Shown: in pieces, positions 46,783 through 48,888 of the stretch
How the letters are laid out: every line of letters starts with the position of its first letter
How positions within the stretch are numbered: the first letter of the stretch is position 1
From: a bacterium
Lineage (GTDB): Bacteria > SZUA-182 > DTGQ01 > JAFGSM01
Assembly (NCBI GenBank): GCA_049472335.1
Contig: JBLIRO010000037.1
Location: 1 to 48,888 of the forward strand
Reading direction: 5' to 3'
DNA: 48,888 nt
Position numbers and translations under genes: made by a program
The notes under the pieces: generated by a model
What the model saw: the letters and a program-made list of their open reading frames with translations, nothing else
What the model was told of the DNA's origin: nothing
Databases searched by the model: none

Positions 46783-47055
46783 ATGAAAGCGATTAAATCA
46801 GGTATTGCTTTTGAGGTTTTATCATATTTATACAAACACCCAAATGCTCAAGATACAGTTGAAGGTATTGCACAATGGTGGATTATGGAGCGACAAATCA
46901 ACCAAACAATTTCTGATGTTGAGAAGGCACTCGCATTATTGTGTTCAAAACGTTGGATTATAGCCATTCAGATTCCAGATTCAAATATTTTATACAAAAT
47001 AAACAAGCAAAAAATAAAAGATATAAAAAATCTTATAGAAAGTAACAATACTTAA
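46783..47055 (+). CDS. Small winged-helix-like protein (HPxAxDTxEGIxxWW family)
   Basis: VLSYLYKHPNAQDTVEGIAQWWI...VEKALALL. Confidence 0.8.
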   Translation: MKAIKSGIAFEVLSYLYKHPNAQDTVEGIAQWWIMERQINQTISDVEKALALLCSKRWIIAIQIPDSNILYKINKQKIKDIKNLIESNNT

Positions 47056-47077
47056 TTTCTATCCAATGGAGGACAAA

Positions 47078-48888
47078 ATGAGTGGGATAATTAGTCCTAA
47101 CCGTTTAGAGGTCAGTGATCGTTTTCCAATTTTAGGTTTTACTATACGCACCGATGAAAATCATGGGTGGTTTGAAGTAGCAGTAGCAACAAAGCCCGAG
47201 CTTTTTCAGCCAAGTAACAAAAATCTTCGGACATTTTCTAACTTCTTTTCAACGCGGGCAACCGGGGCATTACCGGTACAGCGTGGTGAAGCTGTTTATC
47301 TGTTGCCAACTGAGGTACTTGGAAGGTTCAAAGGAAACCAGAAATTATATTTTGCACTTGCTGTTTTTACTGATCCGAGCAGGAATACTGTTGAACTAGT
47401 TAATGTGCCTAATGAAAACAGTACATATGTAAGCCTAAAAACTTTTACAGGAAGTGGTTCCCGCAGGGCTATGCTTATACACAAAAGTCACAGAAGCACA
47501 TCTACTAAAACAGATACGAACTATGGCAAAACACCCAGTGAGGAACTTGATTGGGCTGGAGATACAGTAATGCCGGGCACAGAGGCTATCAAATCCATTA
47601 AGCCTATTGAAAAGCCGAAACCGGTGCATACTTCTTCACCTGAAACGCCACCATATTCAGTGGATAATGCGTCATCTGCACAGGCAGAAACCCCGTTCGA
47701 ATATGACGATGGATTCGGTCCAATGCCTTTTGAGTTCATTGATGAAATGGATCAATTATCCAGTCGAAGAATTGAAGAGCCTATGCCTAATGAAAATATT
47801 ACCCCTTACACATCCTCATCTATTAGATCTTCCAGGCAGTCTCGTACCTTCTCAAACGGGCAATCATTTAATATCAACTGGAACGAGGTGGAATTAGTAC
47901 CGCAAATGACAGGCATGTCATGCTGGGCTGCTGCTGCTTCCATGGTTGTTGGCTGGCGTGACAGGATATGTATTGATCCATCAGACATAGCAAAGGGTTC
48001 GGGCCATTGGGCAGCCTATAAGCAAGGTCTTAATCCATCGGATATACCTTCTCTTGCCAATGCCTGGGGTCTGCAACTGGAGCAGCCCCAATGTTATACA
48101 ATGGAAGGGCTCAAGAACTTGCTTGAGACCTGCGGTCCTTTATGGGTTGCAGCATCTGTCCCCTCACTTCATGCTATTGTTGTGACCGGCATGTACGGGG
48201 ACGGCACGTATGACGGAACATATATCAGGATTAATGACCCATGGGGACGTGCATCAGGGACACCCGGAAAGCCGGGAACCTATAATCCCACCCCGGGAAA
48301 GGGCAGTCAGTATAGTCTGACATTTAGGCAATTTTCTTCCGAATATGAAGCTGCCGCCGATTTCCCACAGGTCAACATTCAAATTCTGCATTCAGGCGGA
48401 ACCGACGGGAGAGTGATCGAAGCCGGATCAACTGCTTACAGCCTGGGGAAAACATATCCTGTGTCTGTTCAAAGCAGCACTGGATTAAGTACTGCAGATA
48501 TTGGATATTCCAGGCAGTCTCGTACCTTCTCAAACGGGCAATCATTTAATATCAACTGGAACGAGGTGGAATTAGTACCGCAAATGACAGGTATGTCATG
48601 CTGGGCTGCTGCTGCTTCCATGGTTGTTGGCTGGCGTGACAGGATATGTATTGATCCATCAGACATAGCAAAGGGTTCGGGCCATTGGGCAGCCTATAAG
48701 CAAGGTCTTAATCCATCGGATATACCTTCTCTTGCCAATGCCTGGGGTCTGCAACTGGAGCAGCCCCAATGTTATACAATGGAAGGGCTCAAGAACTTGC
48801 TTGAGACCTGCGGTCCTTTATGGGTTGCAGCATCTGTCCCCTCACTTCATGCTATTGTTGTGACCGGCATGTACGGGGACGGCACGTA
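47078..48888 (+). CDS. Large multidomain protein, 3'-partial, with at least two papain-like cysteine protease (AvrRpt2/peptidase C70-like) domains
   Basis: RBS GGAGG, ATG 47078, open frame to the window end (hence absent from the ORF track); PQMTGMSCWAAAASM...GPLW...HAIVVTG...INDPW gives the Q/C/H/D set. Confidence 0.88.
   Translation, partial: MSGIISPNRLEVSDRFPILGFTIRTDENHGWFEVAVATKPELFQPSNKNLRTFSNFFSTRATGALPVQRGEAVYLLPTEVLGRFKGNQKLYFALAVFTDPSRNTVELVNVPNENSTYVSLKTFTGSGSRRAMLIHKSHRSTSTKTDTNYGKTPSEELDWAGDTVMPGTEAIKSIKPIEKPKPVHTSSPETPPYSVDNASSAQAETPFEYDDGFGPMPFEFIDEMDQLSSRRIEEPMPNENITPYTSSSIRSSRQSRTFSNGQSFNINWNEVELVPQMTGMSCWAAAASMVVGWRDRICIDPSDIAKGSGHWAAYKQGLNPSDIPSLANAWGLQLEQPQCYTMEGLKNLLETCGPLWVAASVPSLHAIVVTGMYGDGTYDGTYIRINDPWGRASGTPGKPGTYNPTPGKGSQYSLTFRQFSSEYEAAADFPQVNIQILHSGGTDGRVIEAGSTAYSLGKTYPVSVQSSTGLSTADIGYSRQSRTFSNGQSFNINWNEVELVPQMTGMSCWAAAASMVVGWRDRICIDPSDIAKGSGHWAAYKQGLNPSDIPSLANAWGLQLEQPQCYTMEGLKNLLETCGPLWVAASVPSLHAIVVTGMYGDGT
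47830..48888 (+). repeat. In-frame tandem duplication, 678-bp period: 47830-48210 vs 48508-48888
   Basis: 381 bp compared with one mismatch seen (C47914/T48592, synonymous Gly). Confidence 0.95.

Noticed and set aside
47296..48666. Short ORFs listed here, including the twin minus-strand MSDGSIHILSRQ ORFs
   Set aside because: Shadows of the long + strand ORF from 47078; the twins simply reflect the duplication.
47830..48888. DGR template/variable repeat pair
   Set aside because: Only one non-adenine synonymous mismatch, both copies are in frame in one ORF, and there is no reverse transcriptase in the window.

Overview
Bacterial chromosomal window, probably from an anaerobe with sigma-54 regulation (Desulfobacterota-like gene content; lineage cannot be fixed from sequence alone). 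Bases 1-4743 are the tRNA-proximal end of an integrative element (excisionase-like HTH, decayed tyrosine recombinase, primase-helicase with ori-like repeats, integrase, att-arm repeats and an IHF site) inserted at the 3' end of tRNA-Glu in a gltX-tRNA(Gln)-tRNA(Glu) unit. Bases 7518-13610 hold the most unusual locus: a co-oriented cluster of divergent TrpC, TrpF and TrpD paralogues with a RibD-type reductase, a stand-alone Lrp/AsnC ligand-binding domain and an acetylene-hydratase-like Mo/W-bisPGD enzyme, with no trpA/B/E/G. This is a candidate undescribed pathway. The middle carries a double beta-propeller secreted protein, many two-component genes, a group-2 sigma-70, hemW-lepA, mobB-mobA, an EfpL/YeiP-type elongation factor, ilvE, a frameshifted secreted Gly/Tyr/Met-repeat protein, etfBA plus an Fe-S oxidoreductase, panE and yceH. 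The window ends in a sigma-54-driven operon: a small wHTH protein and a large ORF missing from the ORF track (47078 to the window end) with two nearly identical papain-like (AvrRpt2/C70-like) protease domains. Several structured non-coding elements are visible, including a candidate sigma-54 sRNA, an internally deleted GxxExxY palindromic cassette and REP/MITE-like palindromes. All family assignments come from motif recognition by eye; no searches were run.
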